Positions 1 to 8,272 of a stretch of 64,000 nt of DNA are shown one piece after another. The stretch is from an uncultured Porphyromonadaceae bacterium (GTDB lineage Bacteria > Bacteroidota > Bacteroidia > Bacteroidales > Muribaculaceae). The stretch spans positions 25,046 through 89,045 of the forward strand of contig CABRGT010000002.1 of NCBI GenBank assembly GCA_902470475.1, given 5' to 3'. Position 1 is the stretch's first letter, and each line of letters opens with the position of its first letter. A program made the position numbers and the translations under genes. Below the pieces are notes generated by a model. The model worked only from the letters and a program-made list of their open reading frames with translations, made no database searches and was not told where the DNA came from.

Positions 1-1407
1 CCCCTTTTTAACAATCAGTACAGAATGAAGTCCTGTCTTTATCTTATCCTTGCGAAGCACGCCGCGCGCTATGCCATTATTATCGGTCCGACCGATAAAG
101 AACATGCCTTCATTTTTATATGTATCATTATAAAGATTTACATCGGCATCCTTGACAGGCGATCCGTCCGTCATTGATACAAGAGCTGTAGCGAAAACAT
201 TATTGAGTCGTACAACGAAAGGCGCATACGGAGTCGCTATAACGGTGACAAAACGACCTAAGCCATCACCACTAATCATATCTTCAACGATAGGAGAAAC
301 AAGATAAATGCCCGGTTCCTTTATATTGAAATATACGGAATCGACGAGTAAAACATCAGGCGTATCATTAATAATCTCCTTTTCGTCGATCTTATCTACA
401 TTATCTCTTCTAATGTACCTACGATCCTTAGGATCGTTAACTCTATATAATATAACACCAACCCGATCGGCAAAACGCGAGACAACCTTTACTTTCAATG
501 AATTCCCCGGGATTATGGAATTTCTGCATTCCACGGTTGCCTTTGGCAGCGTAAGGAACTCATAATATGACTGGAGGGCTGGGGTGACAATATTCACAGC
601 TTCTGTGGAGAGATAATTCTTATAGGCTGCGATCAGATAATCCTTATCTGTGTTGTGTATAGTTAGCATATTAAGAAGATACCCACCTGTCAGTCCGGTA
701 GGATATTTCTCGAAAGCTTCTCTAATCCGCTCAGGATTATCTTTGAGCCATACAGCCCACTGCGGAGTGCCGGCAGGTTCGCTCGCCATAGCTTCTTCAA
801 TAATTCTTTTCTCAAGATCAGAGTCATCTACATACGTCGCTATATCGGAACATAGCAGAAATATAAAATCCGAAAGTTTCGGATAGAATATCAAAGTGTT
901 TTTATTTATTCTTATAACATCCTTGTATACAGCAAGATCAATATTTTTTGCCACCGAAACAACGCTCAAAGCATTATCTATAAGATCTTTGACAACGTGT
1001 CTGAACTGATCGCCGCTCCAGTCGGACGGATTCGCCGGAATAGGCTTTAATGGAGCGTCCACACGGTCAAATACATCTGACGAAAATGAATAAAACTCAC
1101 AGAGCAGCTGTGCGCGGTAGAGGTCGAGGAGGGCGCGGGCGGCGGGATCGGGGGTGTCGGCAGCGGCGGAAGCAAGGAGATCGTTGACGGCGCCGATCGA
1201 GTCGTTGTCGACGGAAAACTTTGCCGCGGCAATCTGCATCACGGCGGCCATGCGCTCGACGGGCGACTTGCTGACTCGGAGCACGCTGTCTGCGTTGGAA
1301 ATCACTGTCTGCGGGAAAGCGAAATCAGGCTCTTCGACCACGGAAACAGCCCGCGACACCGAAGAGCCGATAAGTGCTACCAGCAGGGAAAGAATCAGTT
1401 TTCTCAT
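1..1407 (-). CDS. Alpha-2-macroglobulin-family (MG-domain) secreted protein, N-terminal part; continues off the left edge
   Basis: Not in the ORF track because it has no stop in the window. Hand translation from ATG 1407 is open to base 1: MRKLILSLLVALIGSSVSRA (signal peptide)...EEPDFAFPQTV...PSDWSGDQF...SMTDGSPVKDADVNLY...GRTDNNGIARG, which resembles Bacteroidales A2M N-terminal/MG domains. The thioester region would lie outside the window. Confidence 0.7.
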   Translation of the reverse strand, partial: MRKLILSLLVALIGSSVSRAVSVVEEPDFAFPQTVISNADSVLRVSKSPVERMAAVMQIAAAKFSVDNDSIGAVNDLLASAAADTPDPAARALLDLYRAQLLCEFYSFSSDVFDRVDAPLKPIPANPSDWSGDQFRHVVKDLIDNALSVVSVAKNIDLAVYKDVIRINKNTLIFYPKLSDFIFLLCSDIATYVDDSDLEKRIIEEAMASEPAGTPQWAVWLKDNPERIREAFEKYPTGLTGGYLLNMLTIHNTDKDYLIAAYKNYLSTEAVNIVTPALQSYYEFLTLPKATVECRNSIIPGNSLKVKVVSRFADRVGVILYRVNDPKDRRYIRRDNVDKIDEKEIINDTPDVLLVDSVYFNIKEPGIYLVSPIVEDMISGDGLGRFVTVIATPYAPFVVRLNNVFATALVSMTDGSPVKDADVNLYNDTYKNEGMFFIGRTDNNGIARGVLRKDKIKTGLHSVLIVKKG

Positions 1408-1471
1408 ATGGTATGATGTATAGTTATGTTCTTGTCTGTTTAGACTGATTTGTGCTGCAAAGGTTTACTAC

Positions 1472-1897
1472 CTAACTCTGGCGGATGGTAGCGGATCCGA
1501 TGTCGTAGGTGACGGTGGTGTCGAGCATGGTGAGCGTGTAGGTGCGCGGAGTGCGCGTCATGACGAAGCACTCGTTGAGCATCGAGCCGCTCGAAAGATA
1601 GGCGTACAGCTTGTCCGGAAGGCAGTTGAAAAGCAGATTTTCGGGAAGAGGCAGGCCGTTGCCGTTGATGGATGTCCATTCATAGTCGGCATTGAACAGT
1701 AGCGTCGGGCCGTTCTTGATGACGACCTCGTAGGTCGAGGCATCGGGCTGGGTGTAGCTCGCTACGTCGGGATTGGGCCAGTACTGGCTGACGAACCGCG
1801 CGATAGGCGACGGCAGTTCCTTATAGTTGTCGCTGCCCTGGCAGGCTGCCATGAGCGCGGCAAAGAGAAGCAGAAGTGTACAGATCTTTGTTTTCAT
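1472..1897 (-). CDS. PepSY-like (BLIP-like) domain lipoprotein
   Basis: Lipobox-like LMAAC. LPSPIARFVSQYWP...YEVVIKNG..LLFNADYEW is typical of the Bacteroidetes PepSY_like repeat. Confidence 0.75.
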   Translation of the reverse strand: MKTKICTLLLLFAALMAACQGSDNYKELPSPIARFVSQYWPNPDVASYTQPDASTYEVVIKNGPTLLFNADYEWTSINGNGLPLPENLLFNCLPDKLYAYLSSGSMLNECFVMTRTPRTYTLTMLDTTVTYDIGSATIRQS

Positions 1898-1930
1898 ACG
1901 ATTTAAACACGCACGGCGGCTGTTTTGTTG

Positions 1931-1974
1931 AAAAACTTACGACCCGGGTCCGCAACAGATCCGGGTCGTAGGTT
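1931..1974 (-). terminator. Rho-independent terminator of htpG
   Basis: TACGACCCGG/CCGGGTCGTA inverted repeat followed on the minus strand by T5. Confidence 0.75.
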
Positions 1975-1992
1975 GTCACATTATATTATTGA

Positions 1993-4035
1993 TCAGAGCA
2001 GCGATACCGAACGGCTGATGAACTCGCTCAGGTCTTTGCCGCGAAGCAGGCCGTTGCCGAGCAGGGCCAGGTCGATGAGCTGGCGCACCACGGGCTGAGT
2101 GGCGGCATATTCCTTGATGAGTTCTTCCTGGCGGTCGCGTGACTTGCCGACGGCAGCCTGGAGGTCGGCGGTCTGCTGCGCCTGTTCGGCGTCGGGCTTG
2201 CCGTCTTTCTCGGCCTTGCGGATTTCCTCGATGCGTGCGTTGTCGGCCTCGACCTGATCCTCAAGTGGTTTGATCTGATCGGCGAGCGCGGCGGTGGCGG
2301 CGTCGCGGATCTTGCCGATAAGCGGAGCCGAAGTGTTGACGACCAGTGTGTAGCTGTCGGGCAGGTCGCCGTAGAAGTTCATGCCGGGCTGAAGGGCAGC
2401 CATGTCCTTCATGCGGCGCATGTACTCGTTCTGGGTGATGACGATGGGCTGGTCGGCCGGATCGAGGGCTTCGAACGACACGACGAACATGGCCTTGTCG
2501 ACCTGCGGGGTCTGCGAGCTGAAGAGCGTCGTCAGTATGTTGCGCTGGGTTGCAGTGAGGTCGACGGTACGTCCGTTGTCCTTGGGGATGAGCTTGTCGA
2601 CCACATCGGAGTCGACGCGCACCAGGCGGGTCTTCTCGAACTTCTGTTCGAGCAGGGCCACAAAGTGGCTGTCGAGCTGGCCGTCCATTAGCAGGACGTT
2701 GTAGCCCCGGTTGTTAGCGGCCTTGATGTAGTTGTACTGCGCGGTCGGATCTGTGGCGTAGAGGTAGACGATGTTGCCGTCCTTGTCGGTCTGGTTGGGT
2801 TCGACAAGTGTCTTGTATTCCTCGGCAGTGAAGAACTTGCGGTCGGTGTCCTCGAGCAGGAGGAACTTCATGGCGGCGTCGCAGAACTTTTCGTCGGTGA
2901 GCATGCCGTATTCGATGAAGATCTTGATGTCGGGCCACTTTTCCTCGAAGTTCTTGCGGTCGTCCTTGAAAAGGTCTTCCAGGCGCTGCGACACTTTCTT
3001 GGTGATATAGCCGGAGATCTTCTTCACTGCGGTGTCGCTCTGCAGGTACGAGCGCGAGACGTTCAGCGGGATGTCGGGCGAGTCGATGACACCCTGGAGG
3101 AGCATCATGAAGTCGGGCACGACGCCCTCGACGGAGTCGGTGACGTAGACCTGATTGCAATAGAGCTGGATGCGGTTCTTGGTAACCTCGAAGTTGTTCT
3201 TGATCTTCGGGAAGTAGAGGATGCCGGTGAGGGTGAAGGGATAGTCGACATTGAGGTGGATCCAGAACAGCGGATCGTCCTGTCCGGGATACAGCTCGCG
3301 GTAGAAGTTGCGGTAGTCCTCGTCGGTAAGCTCGGCGGGTTTCTTCATCCACTGCGGCTCGGTGGCGTTGATCACCTTATCCTTGTCCGTATCGACCATC
3401 TTGCCGTCCTTCCATTCCTGTTCCTTGCCGGAGATGACGGGCACGGGCAGGAAGCGGCAGTACTTCTTCAGCAGCGAGTCGATGCGGGCCTGGTCGAGGA
3501 ATTCCTTGCTCTCGTCGTCGATGTAGAGCACGATGTCGGTGCCGCGGGCTGTCTTGTCGCCCTTCTCCATGGTGAATTCAGGCGAGCCGTCGCACGACCA
3601 GATCACAGGCTCGGCGCCCTCCTTGTAGCTCAGCGAGCGGATCTCGACCTTTTTGGCTACCATGAATGCCGAGTAGAAGCCGAGGCCGAAGTGGCCGATG
3701 ATACCGTTGGCGGTATCCTTGTACTTCTCGAGGAATTCCTCGGCTCCCGAGAATGCGATCTGGTTGATATACTTCTCGATGTCGGCGGCGTCCATGCCGA
3801 TGCCACGGTCGCTGACAGTGAGCGTGCCGGCTTCCTTGTCGACTGTCACGCGCACGTCGAGCTCGCCGAGGTCGCCCTTATACTCGCCGAACGAAGCCAG
3901 GGTCTTGAGTTTCTGGGTGGCGTCGATAGCGTTGGAGACCAGTTCGCGCAGAAAGATCTCGTGGTCACTGTATAAGAATTTCTTAATGACGGGGAAAATG
4001 TTTTCGGTCGTTACCCCGATAGTTCCTTTTGCCAT
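1993..4035 (-). CDS. htpG: Molecular chaperone HtpG (Hsp90)
   Basis: LYSDHEIFLRELVSNAIDA, DRGIGM, IIGHFGLGFYSAFMVA, GVIDSPDIPLNVSRSYLQ; 680 aa. Confidence 0.98.
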   Translation of the reverse strand: MAKGTIGVTTENIFPVIKKFLYSDHEIFLRELVSNAIDATQKLKTLASFGEYKGDLGELDVRVTVDKEAGTLTVSDRGIGMDAADIEKYINQIAFSGAEEFLEKYKDTANGIIGHFGLGFYSAFMVAKKVEIRSLSYKEGAEPVIWSCDGSPEFTMEKGDKTARGTDIVLYIDDESKEFLDQARIDSLLKKYCRFLPVPVISGKEQEWKDGKMVDTDKDKVINATEPQWMKKPAELTDEDYRNFYRELYPGQDDPLFWIHLNVDYPFTLTGILYFPKIKNNFEVTKNRIQLYCNQVYVTDSVEGVVPDFMMLLQGVIDSPDIPLNVSRSYLQSDTAVKKISGYITKKVSQRLEDLFKDDRKNFEEKWPDIKIFIEYGMLTDEKFCDAAMKFLLLEDTDRKFFTAEEYKTLVEPNQTDKDGNIVYLYATDPTAQYNYIKAANNRGYNVLLMDGQLDSHFVALLEQKFEKTRLVRVDSDVVDKLIPKDNGRTVDLTATQRNILTTLFSSQTPQVDKAMFVVSFEALDPADQPIVITQNEYMRRMKDMAALQPGMNFYGDLPDSYTLVVNTSAPLIGKIRDAATAALADQIKPLEDQVEADNARIEEIRKAEKDGKPDAEQAQQTADLQAAVGKSRDRQEELIKEYAATQPVVRQLIDLALLGNGLLRGKDLSEFISRSVSLL

Positions 4036-4086
4036 AATATTTATATGCCTTTTATGTTGTTTGTTTCGTTACTTTTCAATACACAA

Positions 4087-4102
4087 AGCAAAACAAATGC
4101 CA
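4087..4102 (-). promoter_or_regulatory. Putative sigma54-type (-24/-12) promoter of htpG
   Basis: Minus strand reads TGGCATTTGTTTTGCT, with exact GG-N10-GC spacing, about 50 nt upstream of the ATG. Confidence 0.5.
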
Positions 4103-4180
4103 TGACACAAATATATGCCATAATTTCACTTTTAAACTTTTTTAACTGACATAAGCACCCCCGATGTGTTAAAAAATCAT

Positions 4181-4188
4181 TAAATTTG
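4181..4188 (+). promoter_or_regulatory. Bacteroidetes -7 promoter element (TAnnTTTG)
   Basis: TAAATTTG 50 nt upstream of ATG 4239. Confidence 0.6.
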
Positions 4189-4238
4189 CAACCGCGTAAA
4201 GTATCATACTTATTTACTAATTCTAATACCGATTATTA

Positions 4239-5477
4239 ATGAAGAAATTTTACCTGCTTCTTTGTGCCATGTTCGTAGCCATGGCAGCAAATGCCGCTGA
4301 CTTCTATGTCATCGGCGGCTTCAACGGATGGGCTCTGTCCGACCCGACATGCAAATTCACGGCCGCCGGCGACGGCACCTATGTGCTGGACTATAACGGC
4401 ACGCTGACCAGCGGCTTCAAGATCAACGACGGCACCTGGAGCAACGACGCCTGCAACTTCGGCGGCACAGCCGTACTCGTCCCGGGCGAGACGTACAAGC
4501 TCACCGCGGCCGGCAATTCGGGCAACATCCCTCTGAAAGAAAATATCGAGAACCCGCATATGGTGCTCAACCCCACCGCCAAGACTCTAGTCGTAACCGG
4601 CAACTCGGTGGAGGCAAAAAATGTTTATGCGATCCACGGCCTGATATTCGGCACAGAATGGACCACCAAGAACATGACCGAAAATGCCGGCAAGTGGGAA
4701 CTCACGGCCGAGTGCGTGGCCGGCGAATTCGGCATCATGCAGCGCGACGAATCGACCGGCTCTCAGACAGGATGGTTCTCAAGCGCCCAGCCGACAGCAA
4801 TCAACGAAAGCAACCTGGGCCAGGCGCTGCCGGTGGCACAGGACGGAGCTAACAACTGGACGCTTGCCGTAGGCGGCAACTTCACATTCGTGTTCGACTC
4901 AGAAGCCAAGACCCTCACGGTCACCTCCAACGGCGAAATCGTCATTCCGGTGGTGGGTGTGCCCGACGACCTCTACATTGTAGGCAACATCGGCTCCGAC
5001 GAGGAGACACAGTGGTCGATCTCTGATCCCCTGCTGATGGACAAGGAGGAGAACACGTTCACAGCCAAAAATGTTGAGTTCGCAGCTCCCGCCGAAGCAG
5101 AATCGGCATACTTCACGTTCATCACCATACCCGGTGCCGACTGGGACGGTGTAAACCAGGGCGACCGCTTCGGAGCCGAGACCGACGGAGCCGAAATCAC
5201 AGCCGGCGTTCCCGCCACCGTGAAGGCATATCCCGCCAACGTCAGCGCATCGGGCGCTCTGTCGTGGAAAGTAGCTCCGGGCATCTACAATGTGGAAGTC
5301 GATTTCAAGACCATGACCGTGACCCTCACTCCGGCAGCAGGCATCAGCGACATCGACAGCGCCGACACCGCCAAAGCCGTCTACTACAACCTGCAGGGCA
5401 TCGAGGTGGCCAACCCCGCCGCCGGTCTCTACATTGAAGTCCGCGGCCGCGAGGTAAGAAAAGTCAACATACGTTAA
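4239..5477 (+). CDS. Secreted multi-domain beta-sandwich protein (SusE/SusF-like CBM repeats) with T9SS-like C-terminal sorting domain, paralogue 1
   Basis: SPI signal (AMAANA|AD). Three modules begin FYVIGGFNGW / YAIHGLIFGTEW / LYIVGNIG..W. C-terminus GISDI..AVYYNLQGIEVANPAAGLYIEVRGREVRKV. No catalytic motif recognised. Confidence 0.65.
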   Translation: MKKFYLLLCAMFVAMAANAADFYVIGGFNGWALSDPTCKFTAAGDGTYVLDYNGTLTSGFKINDGTWSNDACNFGGTAVLVPGETYKLTAAGNSGNIPLKENIENPHMVLNPTAKTLVVTGNSVEAKNVYAIHGLIFGTEWTTKNMTENAGKWELTAECVAGEFGIMQRDESTGSQTGWFSSAQPTAINESNLGQALPVAQDGANNWTLAVGGNFTFVFDSEAKTLTVTSNGEIVIPVVGVPDDLYIVGNIGSDEETQWSISDPLLMDKEENTFTAKNVEFAAPAEAESAYFTFITIPGADWDGVNQGDRFGAETDGAEITAGVPATVKAYPANVSASGALSWKVAPGIYNVEVDFKTMTVTLTPAAGISDIDSADTAKAVYYNLQGIEVANPAAGLYIEVRGREVRKVNIR

Positions 5478-5484
5478 AATAATC

Positions 5485-5523
5485 ATTGCGGGGCGCAAAT
5501 TGCCATGCGTCCCGCAATATTTC
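5485..5523 (+). terminator. Hairpin/terminator after paralogue 1
   Basis: ATTGCGGGGCGCA...TGCGTCCCGCAAT stem followed by AT-rich sequence. Confidence 0.6.
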
Positions 5524-5666
5524 AGTTATTTTAACTTAAATTCACACCAAAATTCAGCAAAATTCGCTAATTTTGTACGTCAGAGAAAAAATCATCAAGA
5601 TGAGCCCGCGAGGACTCAGAACGTTATCATACTTAACTAACCAAATAAATTAACCTTAAAGAAACT

Positions 5667-6923
5667 ATGAAGAAAATTTACTTCCTGCTGTGCGCATTAT
5701 TGTGCACAATGGCAGCCAGCGCCGCGGATTACTACCTCGTCGGTAACTTCAACAAATGGGCATTAGCCGACGCAAATGCCAAATTCACCGACAATGGCGA
5801 CGGCACCTATGTGCTGGACTTTAACAACACGCTTATCAGCGGCTTCAAGATCAACGACGGCACTTGGGACAATGGGAACGCCAACTGGGGAACAAATGGT
5901 TCAGAACTTGTCATAGGCGAGACTTATAACCTCAACAGAGATAAAAATTCCGATAATATTACGATTGCCCAAAGTATCGAAAAGCCCCATATAGTATTCA
6001 ACCCGTCAGAAAACACTCTTCTGATTACAGGCAAAGAAGCCCAGTCCGTCATCACATATGCCATTCACGGTCAAATCGTTCCCGGTAATCAAGACTGGAA
6101 CGACAAGGACCTCACTGAAAATGAAGGCGCATGGACCGCTACGTTCGAATGCAACGCCGGCAACTTCGGTATCAAAAAGCTTAACAACGGCAACCAGATA
6201 TCATGGATCAGCGCCGACGGCAATGCTGCCGTAGTACTGAATCAACCTATGCCGGCCAAAGAAAATGACAACAACTGGTCTCTGAGCGAAGCCGGTGAGT
6301 ACACTTTCAGCTTCAATCCGAAAGCAATGACCCTGACAGTAACCAAAGTCGGCGATGAGGATCCCGATCCTGTCGTAGAATATCCCGAAAACCTCTATGT
6401 GCTGGGCAATATTGCCGGCGGCTGGTGGAACACGATGAACGGTGTGAAATTCAACAAAAACGAGGACAACATCTACCAGGCCGACAATGTTAATATCGAA
6501 GATTCCGGTGACGGATTCGGATATTTCTCGCTTGTGAGCAAACTTGCCGCTGACAACACAGGCTCAGACCATGGCTGGAACGAAGTGAACGGCTCGCACC
6601 GCTACGGCGCTCCGGCCGAGGATACCCCGCTCTCGACCGGTGTCGCAGCCACGATGGTAAAATCCCCCGCCAATGTAAGCGCATCGTCGGCAAAATCGTG
6701 GAAAGTAGCTCCGGGTACATACAACATGGTAGCAAAATTCGACAACAATGAACCTACCATCTACATTGCCGATCCCTCGGGCGTAGAGGACATCGAAAGC
6801 GCTGACAACGATGCCACGCCGGTTTACTACAACCTGCAGGGTGTACAGGTAGAGAATCCTTCGACCGGTCTCTACATCGAAGTGCGCGGCGCTTCGGTAC
6901 GCAAAGTTCAGATCCTCCGATAA
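5667..6923 (+). CDS. Secreted multi-domain beta-sandwich protein with T9SS-like CTD, paralogue 2
   Basis: Same architecture as 4239..5477 (GDGTYVLD.N.TL.SGFKINDGTW; PANVSAS.A.SWKVAPG.YN; YYNLQG..V.NP..GLYIEVRG..VRKV). Own -7 element TAATTTTG at 5568-5575. Confidence 0.65.
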   Translation: MKKIYFLLCALLCTMAASAADYYLVGNFNKWALADANAKFTDNGDGTYVLDFNNTLISGFKINDGTWDNGNANWGTNGSELVIGETYNLNRDKNSDNITIAQSIEKPHIVFNPSENTLLITGKEAQSVITYAIHGQIVPGNQDWNDKDLTENEGAWTATFECNAGNFGIKKLNNGNQISWISADGNAAVVLNQPMPAKENDNNWSLSEAGEYTFSFNPKAMTLTVTKVGDEDPDPVVEYPENLYVLGNIAGGWWNTMNGVKFNKNEDNIYQADNVNIEDSGDGFGYFSLVSKLAADNTGSDHGWNEVNGSHRYGAPAEDTPLSTGVAATMVKSPANVSASSAKSWKVAPGTYNMVAKFDNNEPTIYIADPSGVEDIESADNDATPVYYNLQGVQVENPSTGLYIEVRGASVRKVQILR

Positions 6924-6943
6924 TCAGAATTCAATTATCCATG

Positions 6944-7062
6944 AAGCAGGCTGCGCACGGTGCGCAGCCTGCTTTGCTATAAGGGGATCGATATGGAGTG
7001 AAGACGAAGTCCTTTCTCCGGTTATCGGAGCGAAGACGCGACATCTTCGCTCCTTTTATTTT
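6944..7062 (+). terminator. Double hairpin: perfect 14-bp stem (6944-6974) plus canonical terminator (7027-7062)
   Basis: AAGCAGGCTGCGCA-cgg-TGCGCAGCCTGCTT; then GGAGCGAAGA-N7-TCTTCGCTCC-TTTTATTTT. Confidence 0.7.
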
Positions 7063-7095
7063 GATGAATCGCAAAAATTCGCTAACTTCGCGTCC

Positions 7096-8253
7096 ATGAA
7101 ACGATTGACCGCTCCACTGTTCGCCGCAGCAATGATGCTGACGGCAGTCGGCGCATCGGGCCAGGAGGCCCTGAACGCCGTGCGCGACACGACATCGCCC
7201 GTAGTCAATGACGACCGCTCCGTCACATTCCGCCTGATCGCGCCGCGCGCCGACGAGGTATCCGTGGCCGGGGACTTTGCCCGGCAACCGATATCGATGA
7301 AGCGCGACTCGGCCGGAATGTGGTCAGCTACCACAGGACCGCTCGAATCGGATATGTATACCTACAAATTCATCGTCGACGGAGTCGAGACGGTGGATCC
7401 GTCGAACCCATACAACGCACGCGACATATCGAGCATCACGAACTACACCATAGTGCCCGGAGGCAGGGGCGACCTGTATCTGGCCCGGGACGTGCCGCAC
7501 GGCACGGTGGCGAAAGTGTGGTACGACTCGCCGCAGATGCCCGGCAAGCGCCGCATGACGGTCTACACGCCGGCGGGCTATTCGGCCGAGCGGAAATATC
7601 CCGTACTGTATCTGCTGCACGGAATGGGCGGCGACGAGGACGCATGGCCGGAACTTGGCCGGGCAACGTACATACTCGACAATCTGATCGCAGCGTGCGA
7701 AGCCGAACCGATGATAGTGGTCATGCCCAACGGCAACGGACTGCAGACGGCAGCGCCGGGCCATACGGCCGAGGGTCTGTATGTGACGACCTCCGGCCGG
7801 TCAGTGGCACCGGAGGGACTGTTCGAGCGCGAATTCGCCGACGTAGTCGCATACGTCGACAGCGCCTACAGCACCCTGTCCGACCGCAGCCACCGCGCAA
7901 TAGCGGGGCTGTCGATGGGCGGCGGACAATCGTGGCGCATATCGGCGCAGCATCCCGGGATGTTCGACTACGTGGGTCTGTTCTCAGCCGCCGTAGGCTG
8001 GAAAGGCCGTCCGGGGCGCTATTTCAGCGGCGAGGAAGCCGCCGGATATATGGCAGCCATCGAGGCCAACCCTCCCCGACTCTACTGGATCGGCATCGGC
8101 AGCGACGATTTCCTGTATGCCCTGAACGCCGATTTCCGTTCATTTCTCGACCGCGACGGCTTCAAATACACTTACAATGAAACCGACGGCGGCCACCAAT
8201 GGAAAAACTGGCGCCGCTACCTGGCCGCATTCCTCCCGCTGCTGTTCAAGTAG
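7096..8253 (+). CDS. Secreted/periplasmic esterase (CE1-like alpha/beta hydrolase with N-terminal CBM48/E-set-like domain)
   Basis: Signal peptide; SPVVNDDRSVTFRLIAP N-domain; YPVLYLLHGMGGDEDAW, nucleophile GLSMGG, GSDDFL, GGHQW. Confidence 0.88.
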   Translation: MKRLTAPLFAAAMMLTAVGASGQEALNAVRDTTSPVVNDDRSVTFRLIAPRADEVSVAGDFARQPISMKRDSAGMWSATTGPLESDMYTYKFIVDGVETVDPSNPYNARDISSITNYTIVPGGRGDLYLARDVPHGTVAKVWYDSPQMPGKRRMTVYTPAGYSAERKYPVLYLLHGMGGDEDAWPELGRATYILDNLIAACEAEPMIVVMPNGNGLQTAAPGHTAEGLYVTTSGRSVAPEGLFEREFADVVAYVDSAYSTLSDRSHRAIAGLSMGGGQSWRISAQHPGMFDYVGLFSAAVGWKGRPGRYFSGEEAAGYMAAIEANPPRLYWIGIGSDDFLYALNADFRSFLDRDGFKYTYNETDGGHQWKNWRRYLAAFLPLLFK

Positions 8254-8272
8254 GCTGCACGAACACGGCCGG

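Noticed and set aside
560..660. Possible frameshift/pseudogene in the leftmost gene (absent from the ORF track)
   Set aside because: Codon-by-codon translation from 1407 stays open to base 1. It is missing only because its stop is outside the window.
2100..2310. Coiled-coil insertion near the HtpG C-terminus
   Set aside because: To my knowledge a usual feature of Bacteroidales HtpG; not evidence of a novel fusion.
4239..6923. Diversity-generating retroelement or invertible shufflon behind the paralogue repeats
   Set aside because: No reverse transcriptase or recombinase in the window, the repeats are direct rather than inverted, and the differences are not adenine-specific.
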